A DNA stretch of 64,000 nt. Origin: Eledone cirrhosa (taxonomy: Eukaryota). The stretch lies in assembly GCA_964016885.1 (NCBI GenBank), contig OZ024740.1, positions 229,648,001 through 229,712,000 on the forward strand. The letters are read 5' to 3'. The position numbers and the translations under genes are program-made. The notes below the pieces were generated by a model that worked only from the letters and a program-made list of their open reading frames with translations, was not told the DNA's origin and did not search any database. Positions 14,632-26,520 of the stretch are shown one piece after another. How positions within the stretch are numbered: the first letter of the stretch is position 1; the number at the start of each line of letters is the position of its first letter.

Positions 14632-15431
14632 CTGGAAATTTAGTAAATTCGAATCTCTGGCGGTTTGCAAGCAAATTCGGCCTACTTATATGAAATGATG
14701 AGTTAGCAAAGCACTCGATAAGGTAGGTCCTTAGAGTAATAACATACCTTTAAAGAGCTTGACAAATCGAACATTGTGGTAGGCAAAATCTAACACACAA
14801 TAATATACCAAAGTAGATAAAACTAACAGGTTGAGAAAAATACACCTGGACAAATCAAACGATTAATCGTTTAAAGTGTTTCTTTGAATCCGAAATCAAA
14901 TATCAGACTAACGTGACTGGCAAGCTCGTGGTATTCATGATCGAACAGAGGATTCAGTTCTTCAACAGGTTTTCGTTCTACTCAGGACGGGGTGATAGTC
15001 TAAATGTTGCTGCTAGATGCAGCGTATCGTATCTATAGCTGTCACGTGTTAATTCCAGCAAGGGAAATAACCCCCGGTTTTTGGCGCGTCATTCAAAATG
15101 TTATACAAAGGAAATATTTTAATTTCCGCTAATCATCATGATAAGCTCTCGACTAGATGTTATAAAACAAACACAAATAATTAACCAATCAACAAAATTG
15201 TCTAATTAAATTAATTAGTTAATTATTAAATCTAGGAGAATAATATAATTGGAAATTTAGTAAAATCGAATCTCTGGTGGTTTGCAAGCAAATTCGGCCT
15301 ACTTATATGAAATGATGAGTTAGCAAAGCACTCGATAAGGTAGGTCCTTAGAGTAATAACATACGTTTAAATAGCTTAACAAATCGAACATAGTGGTAGG
15401 CAAAATCTAACACACAATAATATACCAAAGT
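14632..15431. repeat. 800-bp insert with about 180-bp terminal direct repeats, bounded by (TA)n
   Basis: TGGAAATTTAGTAAA...ATATACCAAAGTA at 14633-14814 and 15250-15432. Confidence 0.8.
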
Positions 15432-15433
15432 AA

Positions 15434-15497
<64 letters not shown>

Positions 15498-15635
15498 AAA
15501 TTTACGGAATGCATTTAATGATGCTCTAAAATATATTTAAGATACATTATCCCGTATTTCCACATATTGCAGTAGACGTTCCTCGAAGATTGTAGATTGT
15601 ATAGTTTGACGAAGATGGGAGGTCGCTCGGAAGTG

Positions 15636-15680
<45 letters not shown>

Positions 15681-15894
15681 GTCTCTCGTGAAGGGACCCA
15701 TCAGTAGCGGTGACTTGGATGTGAAGCAGATAGATCAAGTATTTAACTATAAATATCTTCTATTTTATCATTGATAAAGTAAATGGCACAGTTTCTCATA
15801 ATTAACTTTACCCGTGAGGGTGATATCGCCAAGAGAGTGAAACCTTTTCAACTCTGGGCTGGATTATTATTCTCACTCTCGTGCCATTTGTCTT

Positions 15895-16395
15895 GTTGAT
15901 TGTGGTGGTGGTGGTGGTGGTGGTGAAGGTTGTGATGATGGTGGTGGTGGTGATGGTGGTGGTGTTGATGGTGGTGGGGGTGATAGTGGTGGTGATGATG
16001 ATGGTGGTGGTGGTGTTGATGGTGGTGGTGATGATAGTGGTGGTGATGATGATGGTGGTGGTGGTGTTGTTGGTGGCGGTGGTGATAGTGGGGGTGATGA
16101 TGATGGTGGTGGTGGTGGTTGATGATGGTGGTGGTGGGTGATGATGTTGGTGGTGGGTGATGATGTTGGTGGTGGTGATGGTGATGGTGGAGGTGGTGGT
16201 GGTGATTGTGGTGGTGGTGGTGGTGGGTGATGATGGTGGTGGTGGGTGATGATGGTGCTGGTGATGGTGGTGGTGGTGGGTGATGATGGTGGTGGTGGTT
16301 GGTGATGATGATGGTGGTGGTGGTGTTGATGGTGGTGGTGTTGATGGTGATAGTGGTGGTGGTGGTGGTGGTGATGATGATGGTGCTGATGAGGG
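15895..16395. repeat. (GGT/GAT)n microsatellite
   Basis: Direct inspection. Confidence 0.95.
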
Positions 16396-16944
16396 CGGGG
16401 GTTAGTAAAGGAAGTGTTACTTCTCGTGTTATCAGACTAGTTAGTCTGACCTGAGAATGGCAAAGGTTATATGCACCATGTGTTGTCAATGTCAACACAC
16501 CAAACTGACTGGTAACAGGAGATACTTATGTCGGTGCACTTAGTTGCACTATTTCTGCAAATATGCAGAGAGAGAGAGAGGGGGAAGAGTGTGTGTGTGT
16601 GAGAGAAGAAGAAGAAGAAGAAGAAGAAGAAGAAGAAGAAGAAGAAGAAGAAGAAGAAGAGAGTGAGAAAGAGAGAGAGAGAGAGAGACAAACATTGAGA
16701 GAGCAGAACATCAGCACCAGATAGTAAATAGTTGGTGTTCTTTGATACAGTTACCACCCACCATTATTTCTTTGCTTCCTGAAGTGCTTTCTTTTATTGT
16801 TTTATTGCTTTAACGCATTAGACTGTGACCATGCTGGAGCACCAGCTTCAAGAAATGTTGTCAGTTATATCGACTACAGTCGACAATTTATCGACTTTTA
16901 TTTGCCGAACTGTGATATTTCTAGATATAGACAGTTATATTAAG

Positions 16945-16983
<39 letters not shown>

Positions 16984-17160
16984 GTATATATATATATATA
17001 CACACACATATACACACATACACACGCACAAACACACATACACACACACACTTACGCGCGCGCGCACACGCACACGCACACACACATATATATATATACA
17101 CATATACACACACGTATACACGCACAAACACACATACATACAAACACACGTACACACACA

Positions 17161-17196
<36 letters not shown>

Positions 17197-17209
17197 GTAT
17201 ATATCAGAT

Positions 17210-17539
<330 letters not shown>

Positions 17540-17580
17540 TAACGAGGTTTTTTATATGAAATCGTGTGTCGAAACAAATA

Positions 17581-18095
17581 TTGTTATACTTGGGGAGGGT
17601 CATATTGTTGTAATATTGCCAGAATTAATAACAGAACACACTCACTGTTTGGTTGGTTTTCGCTTCTCGCTGTCTTTTATATCTGCGATCTAACTTACTC
17701 GGTCCTCAATGTTGCCATTGACTGACCGACGGTCAAAAATAATACAGATACAATATAGACACAAACACATATATATAGATAGACAGGCTGAATAAAAAAT
17801 GGCGTAGACATACAACACAACAGGAGGAAAAAATATAAAAAAATATAACACCACTGACGATGTTGCAGATGTGCAACGAAAGATTTATGTAAATTATGTA
17901 AACTATATATATGTGTTTGTGTCTATATTGTATCTGTATTATTTTTGACCGTCGGTCAGTCAATGGCAACATTGAGGACCGAGTAAGTTAGATCGCAGAT
18001 ATAAAAGACAGCGAGAAGCGAAAACCAACCAAACAGTGAGTGTGTTCTGTTATTAATTCGGGCAATATTACACAAATATGACCCTCCCCAAGTAT

Positions 18096-18100
<5 letters not shown>
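17581..18100. repeat. Fold-back with about 200-bp arms; degenerate hammerhead in the spacer
   Basis: Arms 17581-17778 / 17903-18100; CTGACGA-T-GTTGCA-GATG-TGCAAC-GAAA at 17854-17881. Confidence 0.8.
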
Positions 18101-18145
<45 letters not shown>

Positions 18146-18464
18146 ACATATATATATACACAGTTCAAGATAACCGATCTTAAAGAGAGAGATGGAGATA
18201 GAAGAGGAGATAGAAGAGGAGAGATTGGTGAATTAGTTAGAAGCCAAAGCGTAAAGGCATGTGCTCAATGTGCAATATGCAGTAGAAAGCAGTTAGGTGG
18301 CTGGCTTCATGCAGAAGTTAGGTGCGCAGAGCTGGAAATATTCATTAGTTAAGCAAATCAAGACCACAAATTCACAAGGAAGACATTATTAAAAGATTGT
18401 CAACATATTTTAGTTTGATGCAAGGAATGTAGAGAATAATAATAATAATATTAATAATAATAAT

Positions 18465-18647
18465 AATTGTTTCTACATTAGGCACAAGGCCAGCAATTAC
18501 CCAGTGCATTACTGGTACTTTATTTTATCGACCCCATAAGGATGAAATGCAAAGTCAACCTCGGCGGGGTTTGAACTCAGATCGTAAAGGGACGTAACTA
18601 TGCTGGAAAGCATGGCGTCCGACCCTCTACCGATACTGCCAATCCAC
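18465..18647 (-). mobile_element. SINE nested in the left PLE arm
   Basis: Main SINE consensus within a (TAA)n tract. Confidence 0.85.
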
Positions 18648-18663
18648 AATAATAATAATGTCC

Positions 18664-18782
18664 GTTTACAATTGTTTCGCTACTCTATATAATATTTCTG
18701 GATCAAATGACTATATATCATTATTGATCTGGTTCAGTTGAAAATAATTAACATATTTAAAAACAGAGCGACTCATCGGAAC
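18664..18782 (-). ncRNA. Hammerhead-like motif with long stem II (left PLE arm)
   Basis: Reverse complement of 22632-22750. Confidence 0.6.
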
Positions 18783-20611
18783 TTCAAAGGAATATAAATT
18801 AAAATAAGGAGTGAATGTTACATAATGCAATGTTCCATATATTGGTATTTCACTATGGTGTCCTGGTTGTATCAATTGTCAGCCATAATCAAGCAGTATT
18901 CATCTGTCGAGGCTACATTGTGTGAGATCTGCATATGGGTAACAAGATGGCCGCCAATGGACATATTTACCTTACTAATTAGAGGGTGGTTTCAGGGGAA
19001 GTAACTCCTCGAGAGATTAGAAATTGTGGGTAGTTTATAGTTAAGTGCTAATTTTTTAATTTTTTAATTGAGAGACAATGTAGGGGAGGTAACTTATAAT
19101 TATCTAAGTTAGTTATAGCTATTTAACTTATTAGCTACAAGTAAAAATAGGGCTAGATGACTATGTTGGGTCAAATATTCTGTTGGCGAAGGAATTTGCC
19201 CTTCGATGTTGACAGCTAATAGTTACCTCCGTTCTATCGTTAATCGGTAGAGGTCGTGATAGAGTTATGTAATATGCTTCCGTAATACAGAGATCACAAG
19301 ATTTTCTTCGTCCATTGAACGGTTGGGCCCTAACTAAGATATCCAATGTTAGTGAATGTTCAATGTTGGTTAATTTAAGGTTTTTAATGAGCCTAGCTAG
19401 AGATGTCGAACATCTGTTGTTAGGGTCTCGGAAGAAAAAAGAGTGCGCGTTATAGCGTACCTTAAAAGGGTTAGGGGTAGACCCGATATTGGAGCTGGTA
19501 TTCGAAGCAGTTTTAACCATGCACCTATAGACTATGTTGGGTGTCAGGCAGTGTCCATTTAGTGGGCATGCATTAGGGTAACGGCAGTTGCAGTTGCTTC
19601 TGCGGTTAGTGAGAGTAGGGTAGTTTAATCTAACCGGTTGGTCAGTGTTAGAAGGATTAGATGGAGGAGGTGTGCTACTATAGTAAGTATTGGTGTAGTG
19701 GCATGGTGTATTTGATAGGGGTGGTGGTACCGCGGTGTGGGAGTTATACTGTCTTAGTTTATGATGGTTACTGAATGCGATGTGGCTAGCTAAGTTAGGT
19801 GTTGTGGAGAATGAGATTTTAATGTTATTTTTATTAAAGAGTTTGTAATATCTATGGTTGGGGGGGGGGGATGTTTAAATAGGATAGAGAAGAAGCGTTT
19901 AGGGATATTAGTGGCTAGATTAGATGAGAATGGGGGTTTAAGCCAGGTGATATTTCTAGGCCTGTTCCTTCTAGGGGTTCTAGTGGAGTTGGTAGGGGCC
20001 TTCCTAGGGTTATTATTACCTGGGGATTTGTTATTTGTCATCCCATTTCTCATTCCTATTCTAGGGTTGATTTTTAGTTTGCTACTTGGAGTGGGGAGCA
20101 GGCCGCTGCCACCATTAAAGTTCCCTGTATAGGTGCTGTAATTGCTAAAATTTCGGCGAATCTGGCTATGTGCTAAGGTATTTCTAGTTCTAGTGTTAAG
20201 TTTATTATGGTAAATTGCTGTGTTATGGCATTTAGGTATGCAGTAAATGGATTGTTCATAACCAGATTCAGAAAGAGCCTTATATTAATAGTGTGCATGG
20301 TTTATAAATATCTCCTCATTTGCTGATAGCATGGAGATCCTATACGATATAGATTTGATTACTGCTCTGATGACTGCCGGTGGGTGGTTAGAGTGTGGGC
20401 TAATATATGTGAGTATTTCACCTGGTTTATTGTAAGGGTAATATAGGTTATTGTTGAGATCCAGGGTGACGTCTAGGAAGTTTACTACTTTATGGTTCGG
20501 CTCGATGGTGATAGAGAGACCGTTATTTTTAAAGAATCTATGTAATTGTTTTTTTAGCAAATCAATGCCCCAATTAGTGCAATTGTGGACTGCAAATAGG
20601 GCGTCGTCCTT

Positions 20612-22253
20612 ATGGCTAGGCAGACCATCATTGAATTCAATGGAGCACTCTGGACTAGAAAAGACAGAACAGACAATTTTGATATCACGGTGGGCTCAAG
20701 TGACTCTGCGAAAATCACCGATTTAGTTGGAATTTACCTAACATATTACATAACATCAGAGCCGAAATCCAACCCTTGCAAGGCGGAATATACAGGGACG
20801 ACGCCCTATTTGCAGTCCACAATTGCACTAATCGGGGCATTGATTTGCTAAAAAAACAATTACATAGATTCTTTAAAAATAACGGTCTCTCTATCACCAT
20901 CGAGCCGAACCATAAAGTAGTAAACTTCCTAGACGTCACCCTGGATCTCAACAATAACCTATATTACCCTTACCATAAACCAGGTGAAATACTCACATAT
21001 ATTAGCCCACACTCTAACCAGCCACCGGCAGTCATCAGAGCAGTAATCAAATCTATATCGTATAGGATCTCCATGCTATCAGCAAATGAGGAGATATTTA
21101 TAAACCATGCACAATATTATAATAAGGCTCTTTCTGAACCTGGTTATGAACAATCCATTTACTACATACCTAAATTCCATAACACAGCAATTCACCATAA
21201 TAAACTTAATACTAGAACTAGAAATACCTTAGCATATAGCTAAATTCGCCGGAATTTTAGCAGTTACAGCACCTATACAGGGAACTTTAATGGTGGCAGC
21301 GGCCTGCTCCCCACTCCAAGTCGCAAACTAAAAATCAACCCTAGAATAGGAATGAGAAATGGGATGACAAATAACAAATTCCCAGGTAATAATAACCCTA
21401 GGAAGGCCCCTACCAACTCCACTAGAACCCCTAGAAGGAATAGGCCTAGAAATATCACCTGGCTTAACCCCCCATTCTCATCTAATCTAGCCACTAATAT
21501 CCCTAAACGCTTCTTCTCTATCCTATCTAAACATTCCCCCCCCCCAACCATAGATATTACAAACTCTTTAATAAAAATAACATTAAAATCTCATTCTCCA
21601 CAGCACCTAACCTAGCTAGCCATATCGCATTCAGTAACCATCATAAACTAAGACAGTATAACTCCCACACCGCAGTACCAGCACCCCTATCAAATGCACC
21701 ATGCCACTACACCAATACTTACTCTAGTAGCACACATCCCCCATCTAATCCTTCTAACACTGACCAATCGTTTAGATTAAACTATCCTACTCTCACTAAC
21801 CGCAGAAGCAACTGCAACTGCCGTTACCCTAATGCATGCCCACTAAATGGACACTGCCTGATACCCAACATAGTCTATAGGTGCATGGTTAAAACTGCTT
21901 CGAATACCAGCTCCAATATCGGGTCTACCCCTAACCCTTTTAAGGTACGCTATAACGCGCACTCTTTTTTCTTCCGAGACCCTAACAACAGATGTTCGAC
22001 ATCTCTAGCTAGGCTCATTAAAAACCTTAAATTAACCAACATTGAACACTCACTAACATGGGATATGTTAGCAAGGGCCCAACTGTTCAATGGACGAAGA
22101 AAATCTTGTGATCTCTGTGATCTCTGTATTACGGAAGCATATTACATAACTCTATCACGACCTCTACCGATTAACGATAGAACGGAGGTAACTATTAGCT
22201 GTCAACATCGAAGGGCTAATTCCTTCGCCAACAGAATATTTGACCCAACATAG
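20612..22253 (+). pseudogene. PLE RT + GIY-YIG endonuclease, disrupted by frameshifts and a stop
   Basis: FDITVGS, GGIYRDD (20791-20802), NFLDVTLDL, WLNPPFS, CNCRYPNACPLNGHC, IVY...NIGST, CDLC, SCQHRR. Confidence 0.9.
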
Positions 22254-22631
22254 TCATCTAGCCCTATTTTTACTTGTAGCTAATAAGTTAAATAGCTATA
22301 ACTAACTTAGATAATTATAAGTTACCTCCCCTACATTGTCTCTCAATTAAAAAATTAAAAAATTAGCACTTAACTATAAACTACCCACAATTTCTAATCT
22401 CTCGAGGAGTTACTTCACCTGAAACCACCCTCTAATTAGTAAGGTAAATATGTCCATTGGCGGCCATCTTGTTACCCATAGGCAGATCTCACACAATGTA
22501 GCCTCGACAGATGAATATTGCTTGATTATGGCTGACAATTGATACAACCAGGACACCATAGTGAAATACCAATATATGGAACATTACATTATGTAACATT
22601 CTCTCCTTATTTTAATTTATAGTCCTTTGAA

Positions 22632-22750
22632 GTTCCGATGAGCCGCTCTGTTTTTAAATATGTTAATTATTTTCAACTGAACCAGATCAATAATGATATA
22701 TAGTCATTTGATCCAGAAATATTATATAGAGTAGCGAAACAATTGTAAAC
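22632..22750 (+). ncRNA. Hammerhead-like motif with long stem II in the PLE 3' UTR
   Basis: GTT-CCGATGA-GCCGCTCT...AGAGTAGC-GAAA-C-AATT-G-TA-AAC. Confidence 0.6.
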
Positions 22751-22782
22751 GGACATTATTATTATTAATATTATATTATTAA

Positions 22783-22968
22783 AGGGCGGTGAATTGGCAG
22801 TATCGGTAGAGGCTCGGACATGCTTTCCAGCATAGTTACGTCCCTTTATGATCTGAGTTCAAATCCCGCCGAGGATAACTTTGCTTTCATCCATACGGGG
22901 TCGATAAAATAAAGTACCAGTAATGTACTGGGTAATTGCTGGCCTTGTGCCAAAAGTAGAAACAATTA
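22783..22968 (+). mobile_element. SINE nested in the right PLE arm
   Basis: GGGCGGTGAATTGGCAGTATCGG...GTAGAAACAATT. Confidence 0.85.
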
Positions 22969-23402
22969 TTATTAATATTATTATTATTATTCTCTATATT
23001 CCTTACATCAAACTAAAATATGTTGACAATCTTTTAATAATGTCTGCCTTGTGAAATTTGTGGTCTTGTTTTGCTTAACTAATGAATACATATATATATA
23101 TATATATATAAAAACAAATAACGAAACGAAATTAAATTTCGTTTCGTTTGTAACTCACTTTTGTATGACTGACGCTTAAACAATTAAGTTAAAAATGTAC
23201 ATCTACATATGTATACTGAAATACTAGTATGCATATGAATACACACACGTATACATATGTAGATGTACCGATTTTTTCACTGGTCACTTTACTGTGAGTG
23301 TCCAGCTATTCTGTATGTAAACACACAGACAAACCGGTTTTTAGAGTCATACTGGTTTTTGAGGAAACACCTTTCCTCTATTCTCCAGAAAGCCAGACAA
23401 GG

Positions 23403-23447
23403 AATATTGAACTAGTTTCGATGTTGTTACATCTCATCAGCAATATT
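23403..23447 (-). ncRNA. Minimal type I hammerhead, array copy 1
   Basis: Reverse complement AATATTG-CTGATGA-GATGT-AACA-ACATC-GAAA-CTAG-TT-CAATATT. Confidence 0.9.
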
Positions 23448-23868
23448 TACCTATCTTCCGGCCCTTCTAGAGAATCGTAAAAACACATATCGTTATATGC
23501 TTTTTCTATGAAAATTAGTAGTGGGCAGACTAATTTGCATAGAGCGTGAGTACGTACCGGTTCAACGGAGACGATAAAAACAAATAACGAAACGAAATTA
23601 AATTTCGTTTCGTTTGTAACTCACTTTTGTATGACTGACGCTTAAACAATTAAGTTAAAAATGTACATCTACATATGTATACTGAAATACTAGTATGCAT
23701 ATGAATACACACACGTATACATATGTAGATGTACCGATTTTTTCACTGGTCACTTTACTGTGAGTGTCCAGCTATTCTGTATGTAAACACACAGACAAAC
23801 CGGTTTTTAGAGTCATACTGGTTTTTGAGGAAACACCTTTCCTCTATTCTCCAGAAAGCCAGACAAGG

Positions 23869-23913
23869 AATATTGAACTAGTTTCGATGTTGTTACATCT
23901 CATCAGCAATATT
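23869..23913 (-). ncRNA. Minimal type I hammerhead, array copy 2
   Basis: Identical motif, +466 bp. Confidence 0.9.
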
Positions 23914-24334
23914 TACCTATCTTCCGGCCCTTCTAGAGAATCGTAAAAACACATATCGTTATATGCTTTTTCTATGAAAATTAGTAGTGGGCAGACTAAT
24001 TTGCATAGAGCGTGAGTACGTACCGGTTCAACGGAGACGATAAAAACAAATAACGAAACGAAATTAAATTTCGTTTCGTTTGTAACTCACTTTTGTATGA
24101 CTGACGCTTAAACAATTAAGTTAAAAATGTACATCTACATATGTATACTGAAATACTAGTATGCATATGAATACACACACGTATACATATGTAGATGTAC
24201 CGATTTTTTCACTGGTCACTTTACTGTGAGTGTCCAGCTATTCTGTATGTAAACACACAGACAAACCGGTTTTTAGAGTCATACTGGTTTTTGAGGAAAC
24301 ACCTTTCCTCTATTCTCCAGAAAGCCAGACAAGG

Positions 24335-24379
24335 AATATTGAACTAGTTTCGATGTTGTTACATCTCATCAGCAATATT
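24335..24379 (-). ncRNA. Minimal type I hammerhead, array copy 3
   Basis: Identical motif. Confidence 0.9.
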
Positions 24380-24801
24380 TACCTATCTTCCGGCCCTTCT
24401 AGAGAATCGTAAAAACACATATCGTTATATGCTTTTTCTATGAAAATTAGTAGTGGGCAGACTAATTTGCATAGAGCGTGAGTACGTACCGGTTCAACGG
24501 AGACGATAAAAACAAATAACGAAACGAAATTAAATTTCGTTTCGTTTGTAACTCACTTTTGTATGACTGACGCTTAAACAATTAAGTTAAAAATGTACAT
24601 CTACATATGTATACTGAAATACTAGTATGCATATGAATACACACACGTATACATATGTAGATGTACCGATTTTTTTCACTGGTCACTTTACTGTGAGTGT
24701 CCAGCTATTCTGTATGTAAACACACAGACAAACCGGTTTTTAGAGTCATACTGGTTTTTGAGGAAACACCTTTCCTCTATTCTCCAGAAAGCCAGACAAG
24801 G

Positions 24802-24846
24802 AATATTGAACTAGTTTCGATGTTGTTACATCTCATCAGCAATATT
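24802..24846 (-). ncRNA. Minimal type I hammerhead, array copy 4
   Basis: Identical motif. Confidence 0.9.
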
Positions 24847-25094
24847 TACCTATCTTCCGGCCCTTCTAGAGAATCGTAAAAACACATATCGTTATATGCT
24901 TTTTCTATGAAAATTAGTAGTGGGCAGACTAATTTGCATAGAGCGTGAGTACGTACCGGTTCAACGGAGACGATAAAAACAAATAACGAAACGAAATTAA
25001 ATTTCGTTTCGTTTGTAACTCACTTTTGTATGACTGAAAAAGCATATAACGATATGTGTTTTTACGATTCTCTAGAAGGGCCGGAAGATAGGTA

Positions 25095-25139
25095 AATATT
25101 GCTGATGAGATGTAACAACATCGAAACTAGTTCAATATT
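25095..25139 (+). ncRNA. Minimal type I hammerhead, array copy 5
   Basis: CTGATGA 25102-25108, GAAA 25123-25126, predicted cleavage after 25132 (GUU). Confidence 0.9.
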
Positions 25140-25560
25140 CCTTGTCTGGCTTTCTGGAGAATAGAGGAAAGGTGTTTCCTCAAAAACCAGTATGACTCTA
25201 AAAACCGGTTTGTCTGTGTGTTTACATACAGAATAGCTGGACACTCACAGTAAAGTGACCAGTGAAAAAATCGGTACATCTACATATGTATACGTGTGTG
25301 TATTCATATGCATACTAGTATTTCAGTATACATATGTAGATGTACATTTTTAACTTAATTGTTTAAGCGTCAGTCATACAAAAGTGAGTTACAAACGAAA
25401 CGAAATTTAATTTCGTTTCGTTATTTGTTTTTATCGTCTCCGTTGAACCGGTACGTACTCACGCTCTATGCAAATTAGTCTGCCCACTACTAATTTTCAT
25501 AGAAAAAGCATATAACGATATGTGTTTTTACGATTCTCTAGAAGGGCCGGAAGATAGGTA

Positions 25561-25605
25561 AATATTGCTGATGAGATGTAACAACATCGAAACTAGTTCA
25601 ATATT
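25561..25605 (+). ncRNA. Minimal type I hammerhead, array copy 6
   Basis: Identical motif. Confidence 0.9.
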
Positions 25606-26026
25606 CCTTGTCTGGCTTTCTGGAGAATAGAGGAAAGGTGTTTCCTCAAAAACCAGTATGACTCTAAAAACCGGTTTGTCTGTGTGTTTACATACAGAAT
25701 AGCTGGACACTCACAGTAAAGTGACCAGTGAAAAAATCGGTACATCTACATATGTATACGTGTGTGTATTCATATGCATACTAGTATTTCAGTATACATA
25801 TGTAGATGTACATTTTTAACTTAATTGTTTAAGCGTCAGTCATACAAAAGTGAGTTACAAACGAAACGAAATTTAATTTCGTTTCGTTATTTGTTTTTAT
25901 CGTCTCCGTTGAACCGGTACGTACTCACGCTCTATGCAAATTAGTCTGCCCACTACTAATTTTCATAGAAAAAGCATATAACGATATGTGTTTTTACGAT
26001 TCTCTAGAAGGGCCGGAAGATAGGTA

Positions 26027-26071
26027 AATATTGCTGATGAGATGTAACAACATCGAAACTAGTTCAATATT
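26027..26071 (+). ncRNA. Minimal type I hammerhead, array copy 7
   Basis: Identical motif. Confidence 0.9.
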
Positions 26072-26520
26072 CCTTGTCTGGCTTTCTGGAGAATAGAGGA
26101 AAGATGTTTCCTCAAAAACCAGTATGACTCTAAAAACCGGTTTGTCTGTGTGTTTACATACAGAATAGCTGGACACTCACAGTAAAGTGACCAGTGAAAA
26201 AATCGGTACATCTACATATGTATACGTGTGTGTATTCATATGCATACTAGTATTTCAGTATACATATGTAGATGTACATTTTTAACTTAATTATATATAT
26301 ATAATTTTGGGCGGAGGCAGGGGAGTGCGTGGTTTTGATAAACGCCAAACAGCGAGAAACCGACTTTCAGCCACTCTCCCTTACTTTGCCGAAAATAAGT
26401 AAGTGACATAGTCACTACTTTAACATTGATAGCGACTGGCCGTCTAAATGTTTTTAATTATACATACGGTATATTGCCAAATATACTATACATACATTCA
26501 TATATATATATATATACATA

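Larger units (their letters stand above)
18339..20609 (-). mobile_element. Penelope-like element, inverted arm, 5'-truncated at the YRDD motif
   Basis: Reverse complement of 20796-23088; minus ORFs 20285-20560, 19790-20053 and 19161-19520 mirror the plus arm. Confidence 0.92.
20610..23088 (+). mobile_element. 5'-truncated Penelope-like retroelement with C-terminal endonuclease (probably Hydra-like clade)
   Basis: RT and GIY-YIG coding remnants, about 830-bp 3' UTR with hammerhead, ends at (TA)n. Confidence 0.92.
23108..26292. mobile_element. 466-bp hammerhead-bearing tandem array (retrozyme-like), two divergent arms
   Basis: About 4.1 units at 23108-25037 and 2.7 inverted units at 25036-26292; units nearly identical; (TA)n on both sides. 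Confidence 0.85.

Noticed and set aside
23298-26176. Seven copies of a 60-aa ORF in the 466-bp array
   Set aside because: GTG start, antisense to the ribozyme, no recognisable motif; repeats only because the unit repeats
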